Positions 28,739-39,149 of a stretch of 64,000 nt of DNA are shown here, one piece after another (the first letter of the stretch is position 1; each line of letters starts with the position of its first letter). Source of the DNA: Alphaproteobacteria bacterium (GTDB lineage Bacteria > Pseudomonadota > Alphaproteobacteria > Rhizobiales > NORP267). The notes below the pieces were generated by a model. That model had not been told where the DNA came from and ran no database searches. It was given only the letters and a program-made list of their open reading frames with translations. The translations under genes and the position numbers were made by a program. The stretch lies in the NCBI GenBank assembly GCA_028599125.1, contig JAQRMX010000011.1:14066-78065 (forward strand), read 5' to 3'.

Positions 28739-30379
28739 ATGGCAAATGATCAATTTATGCGGAGAAATACAAATGACAGGCTTCTCCTTTCGGTTAAAGA
28801 ACTTTCCGTCTCCATCCACCAAAACGGAGAGGAGAAAAAAATTCTTGAAAATCTTTCCTTCTCTATTGAGAAAGGCGAAACAATTGCCCTGATAGGGGAG
28901 TCAGGTTCCGGTAAATCAATCACGGCCCTCTCTATAATGCAGCTCCTCCCACACAGCAATTTCATTTCCTCCGGATCTATCCTGTTCAACGGGAAAGAAA
29001 TCCTTCAACTCAATGAAAAAGAACTCCGTAGCCTGCGCGGGAAAGATATGTCTATTATCTTTCAAGAACCGATGACGGCACTTAACCCCCTGCATACCGT
29101 AGAACAACATATCACTGAAACCCTTCGATTACGCGAAGGATTGACCAGGAAACAGTCACGTACACGCGCATGCGAGCTCTTGCGTCATGTCGGCATAGAC
29201 AACCCCGATCAGCGACTTGGAAGCTATCCACACCAATTATCCGGGGGGCAAAGACAACGCATCATGATCCTCATGGCGATTGCTCATAATCCTGCTCTAT
29301 TGATCGCAGATGAACCAACAACAGCTATTGATATCACAGTGCAGACACAGATCCTTGAACTGATCAAACAGCTGCAACAGGAAACCGGAATGGCGATAAT
29401 GCTGATTACCCATGATTTAAGCCTTGCACGCAAAATCACGGAACAGGTGTACATTATGAAGGAGGGAAAAATTGTTGAACAAGGCAGAACATCACATATC
29501 CTTGAAAAACCGCAGCATGATTATACACGCCAGTTGCTGGACGCAGAGCTCAAAGGCAATCCGTTAGAACCTCATCCATCTGCTCCTGTTCTCATACAAG
29601 CCTGTAACATGAAAGTATGGTTTCCCAGAAAACGTTGTTTATTTCAAAAAAAAGAATATGAAAGAGCCGTGGACGGCGTGGATATAGCCGTCCGGAAAGG
29701 ACAAACACTTGGTATTGTAGGAGAGTCAGGGTCCGGAAAAACAACTCTGGCTCTCGCACTCCTGAGATTGATACCCGGCAAAGGACGCATCATCTATCTG
29801 GGAAAAGAGATTCAAGCCCTCTCTTTAAACAAAATGCGACAATTACGTTCCAAATTACAAATCGTTTTTCAGGATCCTTATGGCTCCCTTTCTCCCCGCC
29901 TCTCCGTCGCACAAACTGTCGGAGAAGGCCTGAATATTCACAGAAAACACTTTTCCATCGCACAAAAGCGGCAGTGTATCGTAGATACTCTGAAAGAAAT
30001 CGGAATAAACCCGGACGACATGGATCGCTATCCACATGAATTTTCTGGCGGACAGAGACAACGTATCGCTATTGCACGCGTTATGGTCCTTCGACCAGAC
30101 TTTGTTATACTGGATGAACCGACTAGTGCATTGGATTCAAGTATACAACAACAAATCCTAGCCCTTCTGCATAACTTGCAAAATCACTACGCCCTTTCCT
30201 ACATGTTCATCAGTCATGACCTAAAAGTTATCCGTGCAATGGCCCATGAGGTCCTTGTGCTCCGAGGAGGCAAAATCGTTGAACAGGGTTGCGCACATGA
30301 TATCTTCTTAAACCCGAAAACAGCCTATACACAGGCCCTTATCCATGCTGCCTTTGGGACGGAAAATGAAAAAAGATAA
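28739..30379 (+). CDS. yejF: ABC transporter ATPase with two fused ATP-binding cassettes (YejF-like)
   Basis: Two Walker A motifs (GESGSGKS, GESGSGKT), two signatures (LSGGQRQR, FSGGQRQR) and two Walker B motifs (LLIADEPT, FVILDEPT). GGAGGAG RBS. Confidence 0.9.
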   Translation: MANDQFMRRNTNDRLLLSVKELSVSIHQNGEEKKILENLSFSIEKGETIALIGESGSGKSITALSIMQLLPHSNFISSGSILFNGKEILQLNEKELRSLRGKDMSIIFQEPMTALNPLHTVEQHITETLRLREGLTRKQSRTRACELLRHVGIDNPDQRLGSYPHQLSGGQRQRIMILMAIAHNPALLIADEPTTAIDITVQTQILELIKQLQQETGMAIMLITHDLSLARKITEQVYIMKEGKIVEQGRTSHILEKPQHDYTRQLLDAELKGNPLEPHPSAPVLIQACNMKVWFPRKRCLFQKKEYERAVDGVDIAVRKGQTLGIVGESGSGKTTLALALLRLIPGKGRIIYLGKEIQALSLNKMRQLRSKLQIVFQDPYGSLSPRLSVAQTVGEGLNIHRKHFSIAQKRQCIVDTLKEIGINPDDMDRYPHEFSGGQRQRIAIARVMVLRPDFVILDEPTSALDSSIQQQILALLHNLQNHYALSYMFISHDLKVIRAMAHEVLVLRGGKIVEQGCAHDIFLNPKTAYTQALIHAAFGTENEKR

Positions 30380-30893
30380 GACAAAGGATCATCTCTCCAG
30401 AGCACCATCACAAAAAATGACAATTACTCCCTGATTTCTGTTGGCAGGGAAACTTCAGCCGGAAGGACGGCCCACAGCGCGAAAGCCCACATCGTCTATG
30501 ACCGGGTGTTAAATAGACTGCATCAGAAAATTAACAGATCACCGAAAATTAAAACCCATCTCTGTCCTCTTCCCCCCAAATATAAAAGCACAGTCCCCGC
30601 AAACCACATTTACTGGACAGTTTCACGGTTCTTTCCTATAAAAGGAGAATAAAACTCTCGAAAAAACCTTTAAGAAAAACAGAACACCGCTCAAAAGCAT
30701 TGTATTTGCAATATTTTTTATAAGTATGATTTTTTCAAAAAAAGAAGAAAAAAAACCTTTAGCTCTAAAAATCAGGAAAACAGATCGGTGAATTACTGAA
30801 AATCTCTGAAAAATTCATTTATAAGTCCCCAATGAAAATAAAATCTGATACAACCGGGACGAGAACACACAAGAGTAACAGGATAGGATCAAT

Positions 30894-31742
30894 ATGGTTT
30901 TTCTGAATCATACAGCACGTATTACTCATATCTTCAAGGCGTCCCTCAATCAGCAATTGCTGAAAAAAATCGTTGTTTTCTTACTCATCATGTCACTAAC
31001 CGCCTGCATGTCTTCAGAGCCATACTACCAGCAGGAAAAAAGTCAGGGCATGAGTGAACTAATCATACCGGACACCTCTCTTCCTCCCGATCAACTTGAA
31101 AAAGAAATCCAACATTGGTCAAAAATCTACAGCAACAACGAAAATGACAAAAATGCAGGTATAAATCTGTCCCGTACCCTTCGCGCTACCCGGAAGCAGC
31201 TGCGGGCTATCCTCATCATGCAGCAGGTCTTCCGGGACCACCCTAATGACCAGGAAGTACTGTATGAACTCGGAATGGCTCTCATCAGAGGCGGGCAGCA
31301 TGAAAGAGTGATTGAAATTATAGAACATGCGGAAAAAGTCGATGCGGAAGACTGGCGTCTTATATCAGCTTACGGTGTTACGCTTGATGATAGAAGTAAC
31401 CATAAGGAAGCGCAGTATTATTACAGAAAAGCTCTCCGTCTTGCACCAGATGAACCAGGAATCCTCACTAATCTTGGATTATCATATGCCTTCAGCAGGA
31501 ATCTTGAAAAAGCCGAAATCATCTTGCGTAAAGCCGCAGATCAACCGGAAGCAAAAAAAATAACAAAAGAAAATCTGGCTCTTATCCTCGGACTCCAAGG
31601 AAAATTCGAAGAATCTGAAGCCATTGCAAGAACAGTCCTGCCACAAGACATCGTTTCACATAACACAAATTACCTCAAGAAAATGATGGGACAAGCCGCT
31701 GACTGGAAAAAATTGCAGGCAATGAGAGACGGAAACAAATAA
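30894..31742 (+). CDS. TPR-repeat lipoprotein (TadD-like pilus assembly candidate)
   Basis: Lipobox LIMSLTAC, then TPR-like repeats (YYYRKALRLAPDEPGILTNLGLSYAF...). Convergent with tadC at the end of the Tad locus. Confidence 0.65.
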   Translation: MVFLNHTARITHIFKASLNQQLLKKIVVFLLIMSLTACMSSEPYYQQEKSQGMSELIIPDTSLPPDQLEKEIQHWSKIYSNNENDKNAGINLSRTLRATRKQLRAILIMQQVFRDHPNDQEVLYELGMALIRGGQHERVIEIIEHAEKVDAEDWRLISAYGVTLDDRSNHKEAQYYYRKALRLAPDEPGILTNLGLSYAFSRNLEKAEIILRKAADQPEAKKITKENLALILGLQGKFEESEAIARTVLPQDIVSHNTNYLKKMMGQAADWKKLQAMRDGNK

Positions 31743-31941
31743 AGTCTTTTATATCTCTCTTTCATGACCCTATGGAAGCTTTTGGATAAGAAAAGTATCG
31801 TTTGTGCACGCTGCTCTCCAGCCCAATTCTTGTCAAAGAATCAACAGAACAAGGCTCCTACACCTACTGCCGCTTAATGGATCGCGCTGCAAAAAAATCT
31901 CCCCGGCACTTACAGCGATATTGACAGAAAAAGAATAGTCC

Positions 31942-32952
31942 CTACTTCCCGAAACTCAACCCCTCAGCGCTGCCGAAAGCATCACCCATTTGTATGACTG
32001 CCGGAGACAAAACAACAATAAAAATCACCGGAAGAAAAAACAAAATCATTGGGACAGTCAATTTCGGGGGTAAAGCCGCTGCTTTCTTTTCTGCAGCCTG
32101 CATTTGCAAAATACGATTCTCATGTGACATGGTCTTCAAGGCCTGCGCAATCGGTGTTCCGTATTTTTCAGCCTGTGTCAAAGTGGATGAAAAATTCTTC
32201 ACAATATCCAATCCTACACGCTGTCCCATATTTACGTAAGCCTGAGAGCGCTCCTCCAAATAAGATAACTCTGCCATTGTAAGCGCAATTTCCTCGGCAA
32301 GAATCATAGATTGCACAAATATCTCCTCTGAAACTTTCTGCAAAGACGCATCAATGGACATACCAGATTCAATACAAATCAGGAGCAAATCAAGAGCGTC
32401 CGGGAAAAATTTACGGATTTCGGCATTGCGCTTGTTTGCCTGATTGGCTACCCACAAATTGGGAGCAAAAAAACCTAATAATCCGAAACCAAGACTCATT
32501 AATAAAAGATTCTGTTGAGTGATTTCCTTAAAATCATTCAACACAAACGCATAAAAAAGAGCGAAAAGGAAAAAAACAAACGGCAGACAGAACCGCAAGA
32601 AAATAAAGGTGAAAACCGCCCTCTGTCCCCGATAACCTGCTGAACTCAAAAGCAATTTCGCTGCTACCGGATCCAAAAAGTTAAGCAGATCAAAAGACTC
32701 AACAACGCGCCTGATATAGTAACCAGGTTCTTTTTTTCGAAGAGTGGAGATTCTGTTCTCAGAAGGATTCGTACGCTCACGTTCACGCTGACGTATGACT
32801 TTACGCTCCGATGAAATTAATTTTAAGCGGGCAGCTCTGTTATCATTTTGAAAAAATGGAAATATAAGGATATAAATGACAATAAAAACAGCCACGGAAA
32901 GAGCAAAAGTGAATAAAATCTCAAGGTCCAAAAGTAAAAAAATAAAATCCAT
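31942..32952 (-). CDS. tadC: Tad pilus inner-membrane platform protein TadC
   Basis: T2SF-like polytopic protein immediately downstream of the tadB paralogue. The paralogues share FPDALDLLLICIESGMSI (tadC) and FPDVLDIIIRNVKSGIPI (tadB). Confidence 0.8.
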   Translation of the reverse strand: MDFIFLLLDLEILFTFALSVAVFIVIYILIFPFFQNDNRAARLKLISSERKVIRQRERERTNPSENRISTLRKKEPGYYIRRVVESFDLLNFLDPVAAKLLLSSAGYRGQRAVFTFIFLRFCLPFVFFLFALFYAFVLNDFKEITQQNLLLMSLGFGLLGFFAPNLWVANQANKRNAEIRKFFPDALDLLLICIESGMSIDASLQKVSEEIFVQSMILAEEIALTMAELSYLEERSQAYVNMGQRVGLDIVKNFSSTLTQAEKYGTPIAQALKTMSHENRILQMQAAEKKAAALPPKLTVPMILFFLPVIFIVVLSPAVIQMGDAFGSAEGLSFGK

Positions 32953-32964
32953 AATTTCGTATAC

Positions 32965-33951
32965 CTAAACCTTAAAGTTTATCATTTTCCGCATAACAAC
33001 AACACCCAGAAACATCCAAAACCCTGAAATAGTTAATAACATATGGCCCGTAGGATCAGTGAAAAGAGTGCTTATATAATCCGGAGCCATGACAAAAAGA
33101 AGCGCCGTGATCCCAAAAGGCATGAACCCGATAATATACGCAGACATCTTTGCTTCTTGGCTCATTGACTGCACTTTTCCTTCCAGGATCTTACGTTCCC
33201 TCAGCACGTTGGAAAGATTCTGTAATGCATCAGAAAGATTGCCGCCACTTTCACTCTGTATCTGCAAAACAATTGCCAAAAAAAGAAGCTCTGTCAGGGG
33301 AATGCGCTCATAAAGCCTGTAAATACCTTCAACAGTCGTAAAACCGAAAGACTTGGCTTCCACAATCTCGACAAAACTATTTCGAACAACCTCGGGACCA
33401 TCTACGGAAACGATATAAAAACTCTGATCAATAGGGATCCCTGATTTTACATTGCGTATGATAATATCAAGAACATCCGGAAATTTATTAAGATATTTTT
33501 TCAGTTTCCTCTTACGCAGAATTCTCAAAAAAAAGTTAGGCAAACCAAACGTAGAGAGAAACCATGCGCTCAAGACAAAAAAGAAATCGGACGAAATAAA
33601 AACAAAAACAAGCAGTGCGATTATCGTCCCGAAAATAAGACTGGCGATCCAAAAAAAATAAAGTGAAACGGATAAACCGGCCTGCTCAATCCGCATTGCC
33701 ATCGTGACCCTTTTTTTCAGGCCGCTCTTTCTGATTTGCGTATCCTCCAATACCTCCTTTACTGAACGCTTGCGCGCTGTTTTATCAAAATCCTTCTTTT
33801 TTCCATACCTGGATCCTTCATTTTTACTGATAGCTGAAAGACGTTTTTTAGCTTTATCTTCTCCAGAAAATAAAGAATAGAGCGCGACAAAAAGGCCCCC
33901 TACCAACGAGAGGCAAAGAAGAATTAAAAAAAACCATTGGGAATTATTCAT
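32965..33951 (-). CDS. tadB: Tad pilus inner-membrane platform protein TadB
   Basis: T2SF-like domain downstream of the cpaF ATPase. N-terminal TM helix and two C-terminal TM helices. Confidence 0.8.
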   Translation of the reverse strand: MNNSQWFFLILLCLSLVGGLFVALYSLFSGEDKAKKRLSAISKNEGSRYGKKKDFDKTARKRSVKEVLEDTQIRKSGLKKRVTMAMRIEQAGLSVSLYFFWIASLIFGTIIALLVFVFISSDFFFVLSAWFLSTFGLPNFFLRILRKRKLKKYLNKFPDVLDIIIRNVKSGIPIDQSFYIVSVDGPEVVRNSFVEIVEAKSFGFTTVEGIYRLYERIPLTELLFLAIVLQIQSESGGNLSDALQNLSNVLRERKILEGKVQSMSQEAKMSAYIIGFMPFGITALLFVMAPDYISTLFTDPTGHMLLTISGFWMFLGVVVMRKMINFKV

Positions 33952-34024
33952 TCAGTCCACCTCTCACTCATCATAAACATCTGTAAAGAAAACACTTGGA
34001 ATGAAGTAAAATATATTCATAAAT

Positions 34025-35479
34025 CTATATTTTTTTATCTTCTGCAAGATCAAGTGCATTAGCTAATCTTTTTTCTTCCCCAAAATAACGAGCACGATCC
34101 CAGAAGACAGGACGCGCAATACCCGTTGATTTATGCTTGCCTTCCAAGCGACCTTTGCTGTCTTCACCCTCAATTTCAAAAACTATGAGATCCTGGGTCG
34201 TGATCACCTCACCCTGCAAACCGACAATCTCTGTAATATGCGTGACCTTACGGGATCCATCACGCAAACGAGAGGCCTGTATCACAACATCAATTGATGA
34301 TACGATCATTTCACGGATCGTTTTTGAAGGAAGAGAAAAGCCACCCATAGTAATCATGCTTTCCAAACGTGAGATCGCTTCCCTTGGAGAATTAGAATGG
34401 AGCGTCCCCATGGAACCATCATGGCCGGTGTTCATTGCCTGTAAAAGGTCAAACGCCTCTGGACCACGGACCTCACCAACAATGATTCGATCAGGACGCA
34501 TACGCAGACAGTTCCTGATAAGATCACGCATAACAATCTCACCTTCGCCTTCCAGATTAGCAGGACGCGTCTCCAGACGTACCACATGGGGCTGCTGCAA
34601 TTGTAATTCAGCAGAATCCTCACAAGTAATAATTCGCTCATCAAGATCAATAGACCCCGTCAAACAATTAAGAAGTGTCGTTTTGCCGGAACCGGTACCC
34701 CCGGAAATGAGAACATTGCAACGTACACGTCCGATAATCGACAAAATTTCTGCAGCTTCAGGGGTAATTGATTTAAACTTTACCAAATCATTTAAAGTAA
34801 GCTTGTCTTTTCGGAACTTACGAATTGTAAGGACGGGACCATCAATTGATAAAGGAGGAACAATCACGTTAACACGTGATCCGTCCGATAAACGAGCATC
34901 ACATATGGGACTGGCCTCATCAACGCGGCGTCCGACCTGGCTTACAATCCGCTGACAGATGCTCATTAGCTGCGCGTTGTCACGGAAGAAAATTCCCGCC
35001 TCTTTTACCTTGCCGTTTACTTCAATAAAGGCTGTTTCGAAATTATTGATCATGATATCCGCGATATCATCACGCATAAGAAGAGGTTGGAGAGGGCCAT
35101 AGCCAAGCACATCATTAGAGATGTCCTCAAGAAGCGCCTCCTGTTCCGCAATTGACATAGTCAAATTGCGGGCGATTATGATTTCATTAACAATGTCCCG
35201 AATTTCGTCCTGCGCGCTTGCAAGATCAAGTTTAGCCAACTGCGCCAGGTCAATCGCGTCAACAAGCGCGTTAAAAATAAAGGTCTTGGTCACATAATAG
35301 GAATGGTCCCGGCGCTTGGGAGATACAGGAACAGAAGACACATCCGCAAAAACGTCAGACTGCGGGTCCTTTTTTCTCTCTTGCTCCGAAGGCGTGGTTA
35401 TGGCTTTACTCTTTTGTGGTTCAGAAGAAGAAGCACTTTCCTCTTCCTCTATCTGATGATCCTTACGGCGTCCAAACAT
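34025..35479 (-). CDS. cpaF: Tad pilus secretion ATPase CpaF/TadA
   Basis: Walker A ISGGTGSGKTTLLN, Asp box/Walker B RPDRIIVGEVRG and His box GHDGSMGTLHSN. Confidence 0.92.
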   Translation of the reverse strand: MFGRRKDHQIEEEESASSSEPQKSKAITTPSEQERKKDPQSDVFADVSSVPVSPKRRDHSYYVTKTFIFNALVDAIDLAQLAKLDLASAQDEIRDIVNEIIIARNLTMSIAEQEALLEDISNDVLGYGPLQPLLMRDDIADIMINNFETAFIEVNGKVKEAGIFFRDNAQLMSICQRIVSQVGRRVDEASPICDARLSDGSRVNVIVPPLSIDGPVLTIRKFRKDKLTLNDLVKFKSITPEAAEILSIIGRVRCNVLISGGTGSGKTTLLNCLTGSIDLDERIITCEDSAELQLQQPHVVRLETRPANLEGEGEIVMRDLIRNCLRMRPDRIIVGEVRGPEAFDLLQAMNTGHDGSMGTLHSNSPREAISRLESMITMGGFSLPSKTIREMIVSSIDVVIQASRLRDGSRKVTHITEIVGLQGEVITTQDLIVFEIEGEDSKGRLEGKHKSTGIARPVFWDRARYFGEEKRLANALDLAEDKKI

Positions 35480-35503
35480 AAAAGGTGGCCTCTATTTTTG
35501 TCT

Positions 35504-36742
35504 CTATTTTTTGTTCAGAATCTTTTCACGAAGTAAAGAAAGTATATTATGCTTTTTCTCTTTAATTTCTAAACGACCGGTAAGAACACGGGAGATTCTG
35601 ATAAAATCTTCCTTTGATTTTACCTGTCCCGTCAATTCTGAAATCATTTGTCCATCATTGGTTGCCGTACCGAAAGAATAGGGATCAAACTCAATGGAAG
35701 TAATCGGTTCCAAACCCAGAGCATCACTGAGCTCATCCACACTGATTTCAGGCCTCTTGGGCATATCCACTTTGTTAAAAACTACATGAGGAAGGGGATC
35801 ATTCGGCCTCAATTTCCTTAACATTTCAATTAAATCTTTTCCATTCCGCAAGCTAGCCAATTCAGGTTCAATGACAAGCACAATGTCATCAGACTGCAAA
35901 AACACACTCTTGATCCAAGATGACCAGAGATGCGGGAGATCCAGAATGACGAACGATACAGATTTTCGTAACAAGTCCAGAATCTTTTCATACGAATCCT
36001 CTGAAAGATCAGGATTATTTGAAAGTCTTGCAGGTGTTGCGAAAAGACCAATATCACTATCATGCTTGATCAATAAGCGATCCAAAAACATAGCATCCTG
36101 CCGTTCGGGCGAATAAACTGCATCAGGGACGCCTTGCACCACCTCTTGGTTGAAATTAAGACCAACGGTGCCAAAAAAAAGATCCAGATCAGAGATAATT
36201 ATATTCTTGCTGAATTTTTTAGAAAGGACCCAACCGGAATTATGCGCAATGGTGCTTGAACCTACGCCTCCTTTGGAACCGAGAAACGACACAACACGAC
36301 CCAGTGAACGATCAATGTCGCTGTATAAAGAAGCAATAACATGGACAGTCTGTCTCGGATTAATTGGCGAAACGATATACTCATTAATTCCCTGTTTCAT
36401 AAGAGAACGATAAAAAAACACATCGTTAACCTGACCAATGAGAACGACCTTGGTACTCTCATCACAAACATCTGCCATACGTGACAGGGCTTCCATAAGC
36501 TCATCACGATCCGTCTCAAACTCAAGAAAAATAAGAGCCGGGGTAACCCCTGACTGATAAAATTCAATGGCAGCATTGATATCGCCCATGTGAATTGCGA
36601 AATTCACCCGTGAAAGACGACGATCAGAAGCCACTTCCTGAAAAACACGAGCCGTGTCTTCAGAGAGACAAAAAGCATTAATATTTATATGTGGTATTGA
36701 AGCAACAAAATCTAATTCTGACTCTATTTCGTCATTTCTCAT
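35504..36742 (-). CDS. cpaE: pilus assembly protein CpaE/TadZ (receiver-like N-domain plus ParA/MinD-type ATPase)
   Basis: Deviant Walker A GSKGGVGSSTIAHN and a receiver-like N-terminal domain. ATGA overlap with the cpaD stop. Confidence 0.85.
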   Translation of the reverse strand: MRNDEIESELDFVASIPHININAFCLSEDTARVFQEVASDRRLSRVNFAIHMGDINAAIEFYQSGVTPALIFLEFETDRDELMEALSRMADVCDESTKVVLIGQVNDVFFYRSLMKQGINEYIVSPINPRQTVHVIASLYSDIDRSLGRVVSFLGSKGGVGSSTIAHNSGWVLSKKFSKNIIISDLDLFFGTVGLNFNQEVVQGVPDAVYSPERQDAMFLDRLLIKHDSDIGLFATPARLSNNPDLSEDSYEKILDLLRKSVSFVILDLPHLWSSWIKSVFLQSDDIVLVIEPELASLRNGKDLIEMLRKLRPNDPLPHVVFNKVDMPKRPEISVDELSDALGLEPITSIEFDPYSFGTATNDGQMISELTGQVKSKEDFIRISRVLTGRLEIKEKKHNILSLLREKILNKK

Positions 36743-37476
36743 TGACCAACCTCTGATATACGGCCCCCTTCAACCTTCTTGGATGAGGCCGTGTTTTTGC
36801 CAGCAACAAAAGCTTTCCCGATTGTCCCGCTCCGGTCCGCCAGAGGAGGCTCCATGATACGGGGTTGTTTCATATCCATCGGATCATCAAGCATTAAGGC
36901 CAGGTTATTTTGAGTTGCACACCCCAAATTATAGTAAGGCGTATTTTCTTTATTATATGAAAAGGAATTACCCCAAATTCCGCATTTATTTTCGGGCAAA
37001 GCCTGGATCCCCGGATAAGTAACGAAAACAGAAAAAACAGCACGGCCCTGTTTTCCCTTATAAGTTATATATTTGATACGATGAGACGGGAGAGCTGCAA
37101 ACATAATCAATTCCCGTATATCCTTAACAACACGCCGCACAGCATTTTCTGATTTGGGTTTGATGGGAACACGTACCGTTAACTCACTTTCCGAACCATT
37201 TTTGTAGTCCGCAATAAAAGAAGAGAATTGACTCTTTTGCATCAGAGTCATCCCTTTTTCTCCATGAGGAACAGGAACCTCAAAATATTTTACCCCCTCA
37301 AGCACGCGAATGGGATGCCGTTGCTCAACAGACATAAACGGGTTTACGGCAATAATTTGATTATTTTCAGACCCGCAAGCACTTAAAACAAAGAGCAAGG
37401 GCCCATAAAAAGTAAACCAGAATTTTTTTCCCGTTCGCACCCGGAAAGCCGGGAAGCCTTTCAATATCTGGAACAT
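36739..37476 (-). CDS. cpaD: pilus assembly lipoprotein CpaD
   Basis: Lipobox LFVLSAC, size ~245 aa and position between cpaC and cpaE. The family call rests mainly on synteny. Confidence 0.65.
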   Translation of the reverse strand: MFQILKGFPAFRVRTGKKFWFTFYGPLLFVLSACGSENNQIIAVNPFMSVEQRHPIRVLEGVKYFEVPVPHGEKGMTLMQKSQFSSFIADYKNGSESELTVRVPIKPKSENAVRRVVKDIRELIMFAALPSHRIKYITYKGKQGRAVFSVFVTYPGIQALPENKCGIWGNSFSYNKENTPYYNLGCATQNNLALMLDDPMDMKQPRIMEPPLADRSGTIGKAFVAGKNTASSKKVEGGRISEVGQ

Positions 37477-37527
37477 AAAGTCTTATCCTCTTAAAATATG
37501 AAATTTTCTGTTTCCAAAACGGCCCGT

Positions 37528-38961
37528 TCATTGAACAATAAAACCAACATTGCCTTTATAGGTACCGGAAGAACCCGGCCCTTTTGTTCCATAAATTCGG
37601 TTCAACCTGCCCAGAACATTTGCATCATGATCACTTGAAGCAGCAAGATTGTCCGTTGGCAAAATAAAATCCTTACGGGAGGCCGGTTTCGCAAGATAGG
37701 GGGTCACAAGAACCAACATTTCTGTCTCGTCATTCTGGAAATCCCGGCTCCGGAAAAGCTCACCAATGACCGGAACATTTTTGATACCGGGAATACCGTT
37801 CATTGTATGCTTGGATTTTTCCTCAATGAGCCCGGCAATAACAAGGGAACCACCACTGGGAAGCTCAACAGTCGTTTTCGCACGGCGCACTCTCAAACCA
37901 CGAATAGTAATCCCGTCACCTCCGAAAGAAGAAGCAATACTAAAGGCGTTTTTTCCGGTGACTTCACTGACTTCCGTCTGAATTTTCAGACTGATACGCC
38001 CTTCAGACAAAACAACAGGCGTAAAGCCCAAACTCACACCAAAAGGTTTAAATTCTATAGAGACCTTTCCGTTATCTTGCGAAACAGGAATAGGAAACTC
38101 GCCACCTGCCAGAAAACTCGCGTCTTCACCGGAAATCGCTGTGAGAGTCGGTTCCGCCAATGTCCTTAGAAGATCATTTCTTTCCAACGCCTGAATCAAG
38201 TTTTCAAGAGTAAAATTTCCTGATACGTACTTATTTTTAAAGCCCTGTTTAAAAAGTCTTTGTCCAGAGACTGAAAAAGGAGGTTCCGAATGGAACCCGA
38301 AGGAAGGCCCATTATCTTTGGAACCCAATACACTGCTCCACTCAACCCCAAGCTGCTTTGCAGCCGAACGCTGAACTTCTGCAATCACGACTTTAAGAAA
38401 GACCTGCTGCCGCCCCTTTATGGTGAGCATATTGATGACTTTTTCTTCGTTATCAATAAATCGCGCCGCGATCTGGACAGCTTTAGACGCACTGACACTG
38501 TCTTTTACAGAACCTGTTAAAATAAGACTGTCATTCAAAGATTCCACAAAAATGCTGGAACCTGGCAAAAGACGTCGATACAAACCCCTCAGGGGTGAAA
38601 AATCCCGCTCAACAACTAACTCCAGAGCAATAATCTGGTTCCCCTTTTCATCAAAAAAGAAGATATTCGTCTGTCCCACCTCCACACCAATGATATACGC
38701 ACGACGGGACGTGCGCATGACGGCATCTGCTTTTGAGGGATCTGAAACAAGAACATCCCTTACCGTTTTCGGAAGATCCACAATAATTGATTTATTTACA
38801 GACAGTCTAATCAAATTTGGGTTAACATTTTTCCCAAAAGAACGAGTTCCCTTTTGGGAAACCTGGGAATTTGAGTCCATGGCAAGGACACTGCCTCCCA
38901 AGAAGGAGATATCTCCAAATGCAAACAGAAATAAAAGTAAAATGAGCCCTGAAATCCTCAC
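37528..38961 (-). CDS. cpaC: Tad pilus secretin CpaC/RcpA
   Basis: Signal peptide, N-terminal pilus-N/BON-like region, and a C-terminal secretin core (GGSLVIAGLIEE...GIPGIKNVPVIGELFRS...E..VLVTP). GTG start with an AAGGGGA RBS. Confidence 0.9.
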   Translation of the reverse strand: MRISGLILLLFLFAFGDISFLGGSVLAMDSNSQVSQKGTRSFGKNVNPNLIRLSVNKSIIVDLPKTVRDVLVSDPSKADAVMRTSRRAYIIGVEVGQTNIFFFDEKGNQIIALELVVERDFSPLRGLYRRLLPGSSIFVESLNDSLILTGSVKDSVSASKAVQIAARFIDNEEKVINMLTIKGRQQVFLKVVIAEVQRSAAKQLGVEWSSVLGSKDNGPSFGFHSEPPFSVSGQRLFKQGFKNKYVSGNFTLENLIQALERNDLLRTLAEPTLTAISGEDASFLAGGEFPIPVSQDNGKVSIEFKPFGVSLGFTPVVLSEGRISLKIQTEVSEVTGKNAFSIASSFGGDGITIRGLRVRRAKTTVELPSGGSLVIAGLIEEKSKHTMNGIPGIKNVPVIGELFRSRDFQNDETEMLVLVTPYLAKPASRKDFILPTDNLAASSDHDANVLGRLNRIYGTKGPGSSGTYKGNVGFIVQ

Positions 38962-39078
38962 GTCATATCCCCTTGGAAATAAATGTTTCCATTAACGCAA
39001 ACCGCCGAAAAAAACAAAAATCGGTCACGACAACCGGAAGAAAACGCGAAGCAACCCACACGCAAAAAAATTGAAAAA

Positions 39079-39114
39079 ACTCAATAAAAAACTCAATAAA
39101 AAACTCAATAAAAA
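39079..39114. repeat. perfect 12-bp tandem repeat (ACTCAATAAAAA x3)
   Basis: Counted directly; lies in the 188-bp spacer between the cpaB stop and the cpaC start. Confidence 0.95.
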
Positions 39115-39149
39115 ACAGAACAATAATTGAAAAACGCGCACTAAAAAAT

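Noticed and set aside
34137-34955. Long antisense ORFs, e.g. 34137..34955 opposite cpaF
   Set aside because: Each lies entirely inside a well-supported conserved gene on the other strand and has Arg/Ser/Pro-rich shadow-frame composition. The same applies to 19031..19639 opposite recR/ybaB, 38420..38995 opposite cpaC, 44755..45312 and 45502..46323 opposite groEL, 59280..59885 opposite the CoA ligase gene, and 62850..63995 opposite lpdA.
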